NCBI GenBank assembly: GCA_963977445.1
Contig: CAXBPH010000059.1
Span: 1-30,383 of the forward strand
Source: an uncultured bacterium
GTDB taxonomy: Bacteria; Hydrogenedentota; Hydrogenedentia; Hydrogenedentales; JAEUWI01
Length of the DNA stretch: 30,383 nt
Reading direction: 5' to 3'
Part shown: piece after piece, positions 1 through 9,573 of the stretch
How the letters are laid out: the number at the start of each line of letters is the position of its first letter
How positions within the stretch are numbered: the stretch's first letter is position 1
Made by a program: the position numbers and the translations under genes
Notes under the pieces: generated by a model
The model's database searches: none
Told to the model about the DNA's origin: nothing
What the model saw: the letters and a program-made list of their open reading frames with translations, nothing else

Positions 1-6
1 TCCCCG

Positions 7-53
7 CACCCACAAACTTGGCCGGGAACCGTCCGCGTGTGTAGGTGGCACCC
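7..53 (-). repeat. REP-like hairpin, GGGTGCCAC family (copy 1)
   Basis: cacccacaaacttggccgggaaccgtccgcgtgtgtaggtggcaccc matches the reverse complement of 22106..22151 with 1 indel and 2 mismatches; imperfect internal palindrome. Confidence 0.8.
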
Positions 54-312
54 TTTTAGTTCACCTTGTATCTCATTGTGTGCCGTGGTCGCCAGCGAGG
101 CCCCTTCCGGGTGCGAGTTCGCGTCAGCCCCCCATCCAACGGTTCAACGCCAAACACTCAAGTATTGCTTCATTGCGGAACACCACCGCTTCAAAACGCA
201 ACAGCCTATCCCTGGCTATCCATCCTAAGTCCTTTGTTTTCAACAAAACCCACCTTGGCACGCTTCTTTCTCTTTACAAGGCAACATATATCCCCAGAGA
301 GGAGAAAATACC

Positions 313-2894
313 ATGAGATACGACAAACTGACCATTAAGACCCAGGAAGCCCTCGCAGAAGCGGTGGACCTGGCGACGAATGCGCAACATAGCGAAGTTA
401 CCCCCCTCCATCTGCTCCGGGCCCTGTTGACCCAGGAGCAAGGGGCCGTGCCGGCCATTCTCCAGCGCATTGGCGTGAATGCAGGCCAGTTGGCGCAGCA
501 ACTCAACCGGGCCATGACCCAGTTGCCGACGGTCACCAGTGGCACGGTCCAGCCCCGACTCAGTGGTGGGGCCGAAGCCGCTCTGGAAGCCGGTTGGAAA
601 GCCGCACGTAACCTGAAGGACGAATACCTCAGTACGGAGCACGTGTTGCTCGGTATTATCGAGCAGAAAAAAGACACGGCCTCCCAGTTCCTGATGGGAC
701 TCGGGGTAACGCCCGATGCGGTCATGAAGTCCCTTCAGGAGATTCGTGGGAACCAGCGGGTGACCGACCCCAACGCCGAGGCGACGTATGACGCCCTGCA
801 GAAATACAGCCGTGACCTGACCCAACTTGCCCGGGATGGAAAACTCGACCCGGTCATTGGTCGGGACGAAGAAGTGCGCCGGGTTATCCAGGTGCTTTCA
901 CGGAGAACCAAGAACAACCCCGTGCTCATTGGTGAGCCCGGTGTGGGTAAAACCGCCATTGCCGAGGGCCTGGCCCAGCGTATTGTGGCGGGCGACGTGC
1001 CCGAGGGCCTCAAGCGTAAGCGGGTGGCCACCTTGGATATTTCCTCGCTGCTGGCCGGTGCCAAGTTTCGCGGTGAATTTGAAGAGCGCCTCAAGGCGGT
1101 CCTCGCGGCGGTGCAGGAAGCGGACGGGGATATCATCCTCTTCATCGACGAAATGCACACCCTCGTGGGTGCGGGTAAGACCGATGGTGCCATGGATGCG
1201 TCCAACATGCTCAAGCCCGCCCTGGCGCGGGGTGAGCTGCACTGCATCGGTGCCACGACCCTCGATGAGTTCAAGAAGTATATTGAGAAAGATCCCGCGC
1301 TGGAGCGTCGCTTCCAGCCGGTCTACGTAGGCGAACCCAACGTGGAAGACACGATTGCCATCCTCCGTGGGCTGAAAGAGCGCTATGAAGTACACCACGG
1401 TGTGCGGATTCAGGATAGTGCCCTGGTGGCCGCCGCTACGTTGAGTGATCGTTATATTGCGGACCGGTTCCTGCCCGATAAGGCCATCGACTTGATGGAC
1501 GAGGCGGCATCGCGCCTGCGTATTGAGATTGACAGCATGCCTTATGAAATCGACGTGCTGGATCGAAGCATTCGGAAACTGGAGGTCGAGCACCTGGCCC
1601 TGAAAAAGGAAAAAGATGCCGTCAGCCGCGCACGTCGGGATGACATTGGCCGGGAAATTGCCGAGCTGAAAGAATCCTTCAGCAGCAAGAAATCCCAGTG
1701 GCAGGCGGAGAAAGATGTAATCAATGCCATCCGCATCGCCAACGAAGCCATAGAAACGGCGAAAACCGAAGAAGCGGCCGCCGAGCGGGTAGGTGACCTC
1801 GAAAAGGTTGCCAAGATTCGTTACGGACAATTGGCCGAACTGCATCAGAAACTGGAAGCAGAAAATCAGCGACTCGTTGAGGTGCAGGCCCACGGAAGCT
1901 TCCTCAGCGAAGACGTGACAGACGAACAGATCTCGAGAATTGTTGCGAGCTGGACGGGCATCCCGGTAGATAAATTGCTGGAGACCGAAATGGGTCGCCT
2001 GCTGCATTTGGAAGAACACCTGGGCAAACGGGTCATCGGTCAGGAAGAAGGCGTTCGCGCCGTGGCCGATGCGGTCCGCCGCGCCCGTGCCGGATTGAAA
2101 GAGCCCGAGCGTCCCATTGGCTCGTTTTTTTTGTGGGTAAAACCGAGTTGGCAAAGACCCTCGCCGATTGTCTCTTCGACAGCGAAGAGGCCATGGTGCG
2201 GGTTGATATGTCGGAGTATATGGAAAAACATGCCGTAGCGCGGTTGATTGGTGCGCCTCCCGGTTATGTGGGCTACGAAGAAGGTGGCCAGCTGACCGAA
2301 GCCGTGCGCCGTCGCCCCTACAGTGTGATTCTTCTTGACGAGGTCGAGAAGGCCCACCCCGATGTGTTTAATGTGCTGCTCCAGTTGCTCGACGACGGGC
2401 GACTGACCGACAGCCAGGGACGCACGGTGGACTTCCGGAATACGGTGGTCATCATGACCTCCAACATCGGCAGCCAGGTCTTCAATGGCGTGACGGGCGA
2501 TGAAAAGATGAATGAAGAAGCGGTCATGGCAGCGTTACGTGGACACTTCCGGCCCGAGTTTCTGAACCGGGTGGATGACATTGTGGTCTTCCATCCCCTG
2601 ACGAAAGTAGAGATTCGGAAGATTGTGGAAGTGCAACTGGCGCGCCTGACGAAGCGTTTGGCCGAACGTCACCTCACGCTGGATCTGACCCCGGCCGCGC
2701 TGGACTTGCTGGCCGACCAGGGCTATGACCCGGTTTATGGTGCCCGGCCCCTGAAGCGGGCTATCCAGCGGATGATTCTTGACCCGCTTGCGATTAAGCT
2801 CATCGAAGGTGCCATCGGTGATGGCGAAACGGTAACCATAGACACGGAGGGCGACGGACTCGCCTTCCGGAAACATCACCACGAAGCGGCATAG
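313..2894 (+). pseudogene. clpB: ATP-dependent chaperone ClpB, split into 313..2238 and 2133..2894 by a lesion at ~2132 (true pseudogene or assembly error)
   Basis: RBS GAGGAG; Clp N-domain, NBD1 GEPGVGKT and ILFIDEMH, coiled-coil M domain; second frame carries [12 protein letters not shown] pore loop, [10 protein letters not shown] and GARPLKR; the LGPTG codons expected between GSFF and VGKT are absent. Confidence 0.93.
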
Positions 2895-2909
2895 TGCCGT
2901 TGCGATAAC

Positions 2910-2935
2910 GCGGGGCCGGGACATTCCGGCCCCGC
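2910..2935. terminator. GC-rich hairpin after clpB
   Basis: gcggggccgg-N6-ccggccccgc, 10-bp stem; no adjacent U-tract. Confidence 0.45.
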
Positions 2936-2936
2936 T

Positions 2937-2982
2937 AAAAAAATCGGTGCCCACGCGGACTCTCTGCGTGGGCACCTTGTTT
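2937..2982. terminator. Probable bidirectional intrinsic terminator
   Basis: A7, then ggtgcccacgc...gcgtgggcacc stem, then ttgttt; lies between convergent genes. Confidence 0.7.
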
Positions 2983-2998
2983 ATCTGGCTCATGAAGC

Positions 2999-3027
2999 AA
3001 AAAAAGCCCCCGGCGATTGCCGGGGGC
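2999..3027 (-). terminator. Intrinsic terminator of the NHL-propeller gene
   Basis: A7 followed by gcccccggc-gatt-gccgggggc, i.e. hairpin plus U7 on the minus strand. Confidence 0.8.
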
Positions 3028-3046
3028 CTTTGGGTATATAACGTGT

Positions 3047-4186
3047 TTACTTCACCTGCTCAAGAATCGCGAAGTCGCCGGGATTCCAGGCCTGGGCGAT
3101 AATATAGAACTTGCCGTCCCGCTCCACCATTACGGCGTTGTGGATGTGGGTGAACTTTTCAAGACCCAGGTCTTCCTTGATCATGATGGTCGATACTACG
3201 TTGCCATCCTTCACGAGATAGATGGGCGCGCCTTTGTTTTCATCGGGCCCCTTGAGGCAGCCGACGATGGTGTAGTCACTCTGGTAATCAATGTCGCAGG
3301 GGAGGCAGCCTTTGGGCAGGTCGAGCTTCCCGAGGAAATTACCGTCCTTGTCGAAGGATTCAATTTCACTGTTGGGCCGATCCGCCACGGTGATCGTTTT
3401 TCCGTCGGGGGCAATGGTAATGCCGTGCCCGGTACCGAACTGTCCCGGGCCATCGCCTTTTCCACCGAAGGCGAAGGGCGTCCAGGTAGCGGAGCCGCCG
3501 TCTTTAAGCTTCACATCGGCGGTCAACACATAGTCCAGGGGGGAATAGCCCGTGGTGATATAAAACCGTTTGTCCAGCACTTCCACATCGGTGGGCACAA
3601 AGGCGCCCCCCTCGGCGAAATATTTGGTGACCACTTCGTCGTCGAATTTCGTTTCCGCCGTCGGAGCGTCCAGAACATTGCGAAGGCTGCCGTCAAGATC
3701 AGTCGTGTAGACTTTGGCGGTGCCGTTGCCAGGAAAGGTCAGGAAGGCCTTGTCCTTCTTGGTGAACCAGATGGTTGTATTGTGCATGTTGGCTGCGGCC
3801 ATGTCGGCATCGGTAGGCAGGACTTCGATGGTCTCGAGGTCGTTGCTGATGCGGATGATACCGACTTCGGGGAGGGCAAAATAGATTTCGCCTTTGCCCG
3901 GTCGCCGATCGACGGCAAAACCACCGTGGGCCGCATTCAGCCCTTTCATGGCGGGCTCGGGAAGGGAGGAGGACGTGTGTAGAATCTTGAAGGTCAGTTC
4001 GCCTTCACCGGTGACTCCTTTGGGTGCGGTCACGCTGCCATCCGTCGCCTGCGCAAGGAGTACCGGCTTCTCGGGGGTGTTTTTCATTGTTTCATGAAGA
4101 TGGCCGGGGTGCGCAACCGCCAGCCCCGAACCCAGCAGGGCAAACCCTGCTCCCAATACAACGCGACCCAATCTACTATTCGACAT
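3047..4186 (-). CDS. Secreted NHL-repeat beta-propeller protein (peptidylglycine amidating lyase-like fold), 379 aa
   Basis: Start chosen at MSNSRLG (GAGGA upstream); signal peptide ending AVA; NHL motif 'GDGPGQFGTGHGITIAPDGKTITVADRPNSEIESFD'. Confidence 0.75.
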   Translation of the reverse strand: MSNSRLGRVVLGAGFALLGSGLAVAHPGHLHETMKNTPEKPVLLAQATDGSVTAPKGVTGEGELTFKILHTSSSLPEPAMKGLNAAHGGFAVDRRPGKGEIYFALPEVGIIRISNDLETIEVLPTDADMAAANMHNTTIWFTKKDKAFLTFPGNGTAKVYTTDLDGSLRNVLDAPTAETKFDDEVVTKYFAEGGAFVPTDVEVLDKRFYITTGYSPLDYVLTADVKLKDGGSATWTPFAFGGKGDGPGQFGTGHGITIAPDGKTITVADRPNSEIESFDKDGNFLGKLDLPKGCLPCDIDYQSDYTIVGCLKGPDENKGAPIYLVKDGNVVSTIMIKEDLGLEKFTHIHNAVMVERDGKFYIIAQAWNPGDFAILEQVK

Positions 4187-4250
4187 GATCCCTGTCCTCT
4201 CCGTTTGTTTATCTATCCGTTGAATGATTCCAACCCATCCGTCACACCAC

Positions 4251-5123
4251 TCAGGTGAAGGAGAGCCCGTATTCACAGCAAAAATCCTGCTTTGGTTTGA
4301 GGGTTATCATACCCTCTTTCTTCTTCAAGTCACCATCGTGGTCCACATGGTCGGCAATACCGTGCCAGGGCTCCAGGCAGATGAAGGGTGCGCCACCCGC
4401 TTTGCTCCAGATGCCCAGGTAGGGCCAACCGGCGTAATCCATCGTTACGGCATGCTCATTCGTATTGCACTTGATTGATACCCGGCTGGATTTCAGCTTC
4501 TTGAAAACCAGTGCATCTTCACTGAAGAGGTCGTCCGTGTAGGGAATGACCGTCGTGTCGTCCAGATATTTTTCTTCCGACTTGTAGATGTGGCCATCCT
4601 CGTTGGCATACCAGCGGGCGCACGTTTCGGCGTGTTCAAATTCGATGTAATAGTCGGCCAGCGATTCACCCGGAAGTAAGGGGCAGGCAAAACCGGGGTG
4701 TCCGCCGATGGCGAAGAGCATGGGGAACTTCCCCATATTCAACACCGTGTGATGGACGTGGACGTGGTTGTCCACCAGATTGAAATCAATTTGAAGGGAA
4801 AAAGGAAAGGGGTAATTGGCCCGCGTTTCCGGGGAGTCGGTGAGCACATAGGAAAGCATGCGTTCATTCTCACGAATCACGGAAAAGGTGCAATCCCGCG
4901 CAAAACCGTGTTGGGGCATGGTGTAGCTCTTGCCCCGGTAGGTGTATTGGTTGTCCAGGAGCCGTCCCACCGTGGGGAAAAGGATAGGGGCGTGGCGATT
5001 CCACACATCGGGCTCGGCCGACCAGAGGCGCTCCAGTTTATTTTTCTTATCGAAGACGCTCGTCAGTTCGGCGCCTTCCGGACTCACGCTGACGCGGAGA
5101 TAGTCATTCTCTAAAATATTCAT
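4251..5123 (-). CDS. Aldose 1-epimerase family protein (LacX-like), 290 aa
   Basis: GAELTS, HAPILFP, HGFARD, GGHPGF and FICLEPWHG motifs; start MNILEN. Confidence 0.92.
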   Translation of the reverse strand: MNILENDYLRVSVSPEGAELTSVFDKKNKLERLWSAEPDVWNRHAPILFPTVGRLLDNQYTYRGKSYTMPQHGFARDCTFSVIRENERMLSYVLTDSPETRANYPFPFSLQIDFNLVDNHVHVHHTVLNMGKFPMLFAIGGHPGFACPLLPGESLADYYIEFEHAETCARWYANEDGHIYKSEEKYLDDTTVIPYTDDLFSEDALVFKKLKSSRVSIKCNTNEHAVTMDYAGWPYLGIWSKAGGAPFICLEPWHGIADHVDHDGDLKKKEGMITLKPKQDFCCEYGLSFT

Positions 5124-5205
5124 AGTCCCAACCCTTGCGGCCCCCAAAATAGATACGACGCGCCAGACTGCTGTCGGCGACAAGGTTGAATCCTACCAAC
5201 CTGTG

Positions 5206-6429
5206 CTAGGAGTTTCCAAGATTTTCATAGTAAATGATGTTATGGGTGGCCCGGCCGAAGGCCACGATGTCGGGCCAGCCGTCGCCGTTCAGGTCGACCG
5301 AAAGGGCATCTTCCGTCGCCATACCGCCATCGTCGATGACATGTTTGGTCCCGGTGACCGCCCACGTATCTTCCGCGATATCGAGGTCATAGATGTTCAG
5401 GCCAGGCAGGTTGTTGGGCCCCGCTCCTTCGCGAAAACCAACGAGAATTTCCTGCACGTTATCGCGGTCAAAATCGGCGAACCAGATGGCGTGCCCGCCT
5501 TTCAGGGAATCATCCAACACAACCCGTTGAAAACCCTTTCCTTTTCTTTCTGGCGAATAGAGCACTGCCTGATGACCATGCCAGGGCTCGATGGTGGCCA
5601 TCAGCCGTAGCGGCTTCTGCCTGGCATTGGTGTTTTCACTTAAGGCTACCTTAATCTCACCCGCGCCATCCGGCACCACCGATTTTCCGTCGGCGTCGAC
5701 GACCAGGGACGCCTCATAGTGGCCATTACGCTGTCGGTTATAACCCGTAATGCCGGCCAGGGAGGCCGTATACAAGGTGTCGCGCTTTTCGCCTTCGTCA
5801 CGCCAGGCCCACACATTGTGCATGATGTGCTGATCGGTACTGATTACTTCCTCGCGCCATGGAGCGGTGAGGGGAGAGTCCCCGGGAAAAAGGGCATAGA
5901 GCTTTACGCCTGCCTCTGTCCCATCGGGTCCGGGGTTGAGCCCCTTTAAGGGCGCGACCACGAGTTCGGCCTTTTTATCGCCGTCCAGATCGGCCCAACG
6001 TATGCGATGGAGGGTCGGCTCGGTTTCGACCAGGGTAGTTACGTTCCAGGGCTGTTTCACGTCGCCCTGGTGGCTGAGCAGGAACAGCGCCCCGCCGGTT
6101 TTCGTGTTGCCCGGCTGCCAGTCGGCTCCCAAAGCAAATTCCGGGATGCCATCGCCATCGATATCCTGGGGGGCGATACACACATTGGAATTACGAATCG
6201 TGTCTGCCATGAGGTGCCGTTCCCACGAGGGGTTTTCATACCAGGCCACGTCCTTGTCGCTCACCCCGATAATATCGGGCTGACCGTCCTTATTTACGTC
6301 GGCCACTGTAATGGCCAGGCCCGTTCCCGCCTCGGCGTTGATAACATGACGTTGGAACTCGGGAAATTCGAAGTCGGTCGTTACAGATGAGGCCGCGAGG
6401 ACCGTTTGTAGAATCAGTGTTGTCAGCAT
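5206..6429 (-). CDS. Secreted FG-GAP/VCBS-repeat beta-propeller, aldos-2-ulose dehydratase N-terminal-like, 407 aa
   Basis: RBS AAGGAG before MLTTLIL; repeated DxNxDGxPD loops; 'LHRIRWADLDGD', 'EPWHGHQ' and 'GHAIWFADFD'. The 743-aa ORF call is an antisense extension. Confidence 0.8.
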   Translation of the reverse strand: MLTTLILQTVLAASSVTTDFEFPEFQRHVINAEAGTGLAITVADVNKDGQPDIIGVSDKDVAWYENPSWERHLMADTIRNSNVCIAPQDIDGDGIPEFALGADWQPGNTKTGGALFLLSHQGDVKQPWNVTTLVETEPTLHRIRWADLDGDKKAELVVAPLKGLNPGPDGTEAGVKLYALFPGDSPLTAPWREEVISTDQHIMHNVWAWRDEGEKRDTLYTASLAGITGYNRQRNGHYEASLVVDADGKSVVPDGAGEIKVALSENTNARQKPLRLMATIEPWHGHQAVLYSPERKGKGFQRVVLDDSLKGGHAIWFADFDRDNVQEILVGFREGAGPNNLPGLNIYDLDIAEDTWAVTGTKHVIDDGGMATEDALSVDLNGDGWPDIVAFGRATHNIIYYENLGNS

Positions 6430-6582
6430 GGTGTCGCTCCTTTTGCACGACCCCAGTATACACAATGGCACCGCCGTGTCGTGTGCCACGTATCGGGTCC
6501 GGTGGAAGGGTGACCGGTGATGCATGAATCCGGTACTATGCCAGTCGTTATTGTCAATCGGGTTACCTGGAGAGGACAAACC

Positions 6583-7548
6583 ATGAAACGACGTATTATT
6601 CTCAGTTGGATGCTGGCCGCAGGATGCACACTTGTCGGATGTGGCGGCAGTCAACCTGCACCGGAGGCCGATGGTGCCACCGCTCCAGCGGCCGACAAAC
6701 CCGTCGTCGCCTTGATTATGAAGTCCCTTGCCAATGAATTTTTCAAGACCATGGAAGACGGTGCCCGTGCCCATCAGGCCGAGCACTCGGCGGACTATGA
6801 GCTCGTGGCCCAAGGCATCAAGGATGAACTCGATGTTAACCGTCAGGTCCAACTGGTGGAGCAAATGGTGGCCCGTGGCGTCGATGCCATCGTTATCGCG
6901 CCCGCCGATTCCAAGGCCCTCGTTGCCGTTTGCAAGCGTGCCCAGGACAAAGGGGTCATTATCGTAAACATCGACAATAAGTTTGACGAAGCCGTGCTCA
7001 CCGAGCAGGGGATGACGGTGCCCTTTGTGGGGCCGGATAACCGGGCCGGTGCGAAAGTAGTAGGGGACTATCTGGCCACCCAACTCCAGGCGGGCGATGC
7101 CGTTGCCATCGTGGAAGGCGTACCGTCGGCGTACAATGCCATTCAGCGTAAACTGGGTTTTGAAGATGCCATGAATGGCGCCGGTATGACTATCGTTACC
7201 AGCCAGTCCGCCGGTTGGGAACAGGCAAAGGCCAATCAGGTCGTATCCGCTATGGTGACCAGCCATCCCGAATTGAAGGCCATCCTCTGTGCCAATGACA
7301 GCATGGCATTGGGTGCGGTTTCTGCCCTGCGCGCTGCTGGTAAACTGGATAGCATCAAGGTCGTTGGATTCGACAATATCTCTGCGGCCCAATCGCTCCT
7401 TAAAGAAGGCTCTCTGGTGGCCACGGCCGACCAGCATGCGGCCGAGTTGGCCGTCTTCGGAATCGACTTCGCCCTCGAAATGTTGAAGTCCGGCGCGTCA
7501 CCCGACGATCAGGAAACGCCCGTAGACCTCATTACGGAAGCAAAGTGA
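6583..7548 (+). CDS. Sugar ABC transporter substrate-binding lipoprotein (RbsB-like), 321 aa
   Basis: RBS GAGGA; lipobox LVGC; KSLANEFF, VGPDN, CANDSMALGA and VVGFD motifs. Confidence 0.93.
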   Translation: MKRRIILSWMLAAGCTLVGCGGSQPAPEADGATAPAADKPVVALIMKSLANEFFKTMEDGARAHQAEHSADYELVAQGIKDELDVNRQVQLVEQMVARGVDAIVIAPADSKALVAVCKRAQDKGVIIVNIDNKFDEAVLTEQGMTVPFVGPDNRAGAKVVGDYLATQLQAGDAVAIVEGVPSAYNAIQRKLGFEDAMNGAGMTIVTSQSAGWEQAKANQVVSAMVTSHPELKAILCANDSMALGAVSALRAAGKLDSIKVVGFDNISAAQSLLKEGSLVATADQHAAELAVFGIDFALEMLKSGASPDDQETPVDLITEAK

Positions 7549-7559
7549 TTTTCTGAACC

Positions 7560-8492
7560 ATGCGGCATTTCCTGAACTACATCGGTCTGGCGGCTACCCT
7601 CGGACTACTCATCGCCTTTTTTGGGATGCAGTCGGAGTACTTCCTCACCTGGGGTAACTTTGCTTCCCTGGCCAATCAATTGCCCGACGCCCTCCTTATC
7701 GCCATCGGTATGACCTTTGTCCTCATCATCGGCGAAATTGACCTGTCTGTCGGGGCGGTGGTTGCTTTTTGCGGTGCCGTGCTCGGGGTCGCCATGGTGA
7801 ACTGGGGCCTGCCACTCTATGTGGCCGTGCCCCTGACCCTACTGGCGGGGATGGGGTGTGGTTTGCTCAACGGGCTCATTACGGTCCGCTGGAACTTACC
7901 CTCCTTTATCGTGACCTTGGGCATGATGGAAGTCGCCCGAGGTGGGGCCTATCTGATTACCAACTCATCGACCATCCACATCGGGCAACGGGTGGATTGG
8001 CTCATGAACGTCACCGTTTATGATTTGTCCATCCTCTTTGCCGCTTCGATGATCGTGGCTGTCGTTGCCCAGATTCTCCTCTCCATGACCATCTGGGGGC
8101 GGGGCATGATGGCCCTGGGCGCCAACAACGAGGCGGCACGCCTCTCCGGTATACCTACCCGACGTCTTCGCGTCCTGGTCTTTGTCGGCAGTGGCTTTTG
8201 CGCGGCCCTCGCGGCCATTGTGTTGTGTGCTCGCCTTTCCAGTGCCGATCCCAACATGGGCAGCGGCTACGAACTCTATGCTATCGCCGCCGTGGTTGTG
8301 GGGGGCACCAGCCTCCTGGGCGGACGGGGTTCCGTCGTAAATACGGTATTTGGCGTATTGATTATCGCCGTGTTGGGCACGGGGCTGGTACAGATCGATG
8401 TGGCCGATCCCGTGAAGCGAATTGTAACCGGTTCCGTCGTGGTTGTGGCCGTCATTGTCGACTACTACCGGGGACGTATGACCAGACGCTGA
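7560..8492 (+). CDS. Sugar ABC transporter permease (RbsC-like)
   Basis: GMTFVLIIGEIDLSVG, PSFIVTLG, EAARLSGI and AIAAVVVGGTSLLGGRG motifs. Confidence 0.95.
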   Translation: MRHFLNYIGLAATLGLLIAFFGMQSEYFLTWGNFASLANQLPDALLIAIGMTFVLIIGEIDLSVGAVVAFCGAVLGVAMVNWGLPLYVAVPLTLLAGMGCGLLNGLITVRWNLPSFIVTLGMMEVARGGAYLITNSSTIHIGQRVDWLMNVTVYDLSILFAASMIVAVVAQILLSMTIWGRGMMALGANNEAARLSGIPTRRLRVLVFVGSGFCAALAAIVLCARLSSADPNMGSGYELYAIAAVVVGGTSLLGGRGSVVNTVFGVLIIAVLGTGLVQIDVADPVKRIVTGSVVVVAVIVDYYRGRMTRR

Positions 8493-8564
8493 GACAAGGG
8501 CGTACCAGTTTGTCTCAGAGTCATCACACTAGATTCGATTGCAGGTTCGTCGAATCCTATCTTC

Positions 8565-8650
8565 CATCCGCTTCGCGGATTCATGACCGAAAGTTGATTC
8601 AATCCTGGGACTGACGTCCCAGGCTATTGACTGTCATCCGCTTCGCGGAC
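8565..8650. repeat. REP/BIME-like composite repeat
   Basis: catccgcttcgcgga twice (8565, 8635) flanking the palindrome cctgggac-tgac-gtcccagg. Confidence 0.7.
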
Positions 8651-8737
8651 TATAAGCCAATCAATGTTTCCGACAAAGAGACAAAGATTCGGTGGTTGTC
8701 CATCAGAACATTGGTCTTAATGCGATTGCCCTTCAGT

Positions 8738-8766
8738 TTGACCCGGTCTTGCGTCATCGCTATAGT
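8738..8766 (+). promoter_or_regulatory. sigma70-type promoter for the SUFU gene
   Basis: TTGACC-N17-TATAGT, 50 bp upstream of the ATG. Confidence 0.6.
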
Positions 8767-8816
8767 AGAAAAGGTTGAGAGAGAGCGGACAGCGGTCAAC
8801 GTGAGGAGGGAATCCT

Positions 8817-9548
8817 ATGGGGAAGGACGATAAGATAGTTTCCATGGCGGGCAACCCCATCTATCGTCATGAAGAGCGCACCAATGGCTTCGACCTGGCC
8901 GTGGGGGATGGAGAGGCCATTGAGAAGATTTCCGACCACATCGAGCGGCATATTGGTCCGGTGGCCTCGGTATTTCACGAACTCATCTCCGATCAGGTGC
9001 ATATCGATGTGCACTACGTGGCCCCCCGTGATGATCGCCCGGTACACACCCTGATTACGTCGGGTATGAGTGACTTGCCCATGACCCTGCCCGAAGGGGT
9101 TGATGCTCCACGTTATATGGAGCTCATGATCACGTTGCCCGCTTCCTGGCAGGTGAGTGAGGAAGCCTTTCAGGATCCTGCCTGGTACTGGCCTGTTCGG
9201 CAATTGAAGTTTCTTGCCCGTTTTCCCCACCTTTATTCCACCTGGCTCGGGTGGGCACATACCATGCCCAATGGAAATCCACCAGAACCCTACGCGCCCA
9301 ATACATCGCTCATGGGCGCACTGCTGTTGCCCTCGTTGTTCGCGCCGGTTGAGTTTCGTGCCCTCGTGATGGGGCCCGAAAAGTCGGTCCAGTTTTTAAG
9401 CATTTGGACCCTCTATGAAGAAGAGATGAACTATAAGCTGCGCAAGGGTGCCGAAGCACTCGTTGACCGCTTTGAGAAATACCAGATAGACGATAGGGTC
9501 CAGCTGAAACGGCGAAACGTCGCCAAGAAGCGATTTGGAATCTTCTAA
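8817..9548 (+). CDS. Suppressor-of-fused (SUFU) domain protein
   Basis: RBS GAGGAGG; 'VFHELISDQVHIDV', 'LITSGMSDLPM', 'WPVRQLKFLARFPH' and 'LYEEEMNYKL' are typical bacterial SUFU motifs. Confidence 0.88.
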   Translation: MGKDDKIVSMAGNPIYRHEERTNGFDLAVGDGEAIEKISDHIERHIGPVASVFHELISDQVHIDVHYVAPRDDRPVHTLITSGMSDLPMTLPEGVDAPRYMELMITLPASWQVSEEAFQDPAWYWPVRQLKFLARFPHLYSTWLGWAHTMPNGNPPEPYAPNTSLMGALLLPSLFAPVEFRALVMGPEKSVQFLSIWTLYEEEMNYKLRKGAEALVDRFEKYQIDDRVQLKRRNVAKKRFGIF

Positions 9549-9573
9549 CACGCTACGGAGATGGGGGCATGGT

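Noticed and set aside
2124..2135. Programmed -1 frameshift in clpB at the T8 run
   Set aside because: The shifted product would still lack LGPTG of the Walker A motif
6430..7437. N-terminal 336 aa of the 743-aa ORF 5206..7437
   Set aside because: Mostly the antisense shadow of the RbsB-like gene; the real start at 6429 has an RBS and signal peptide
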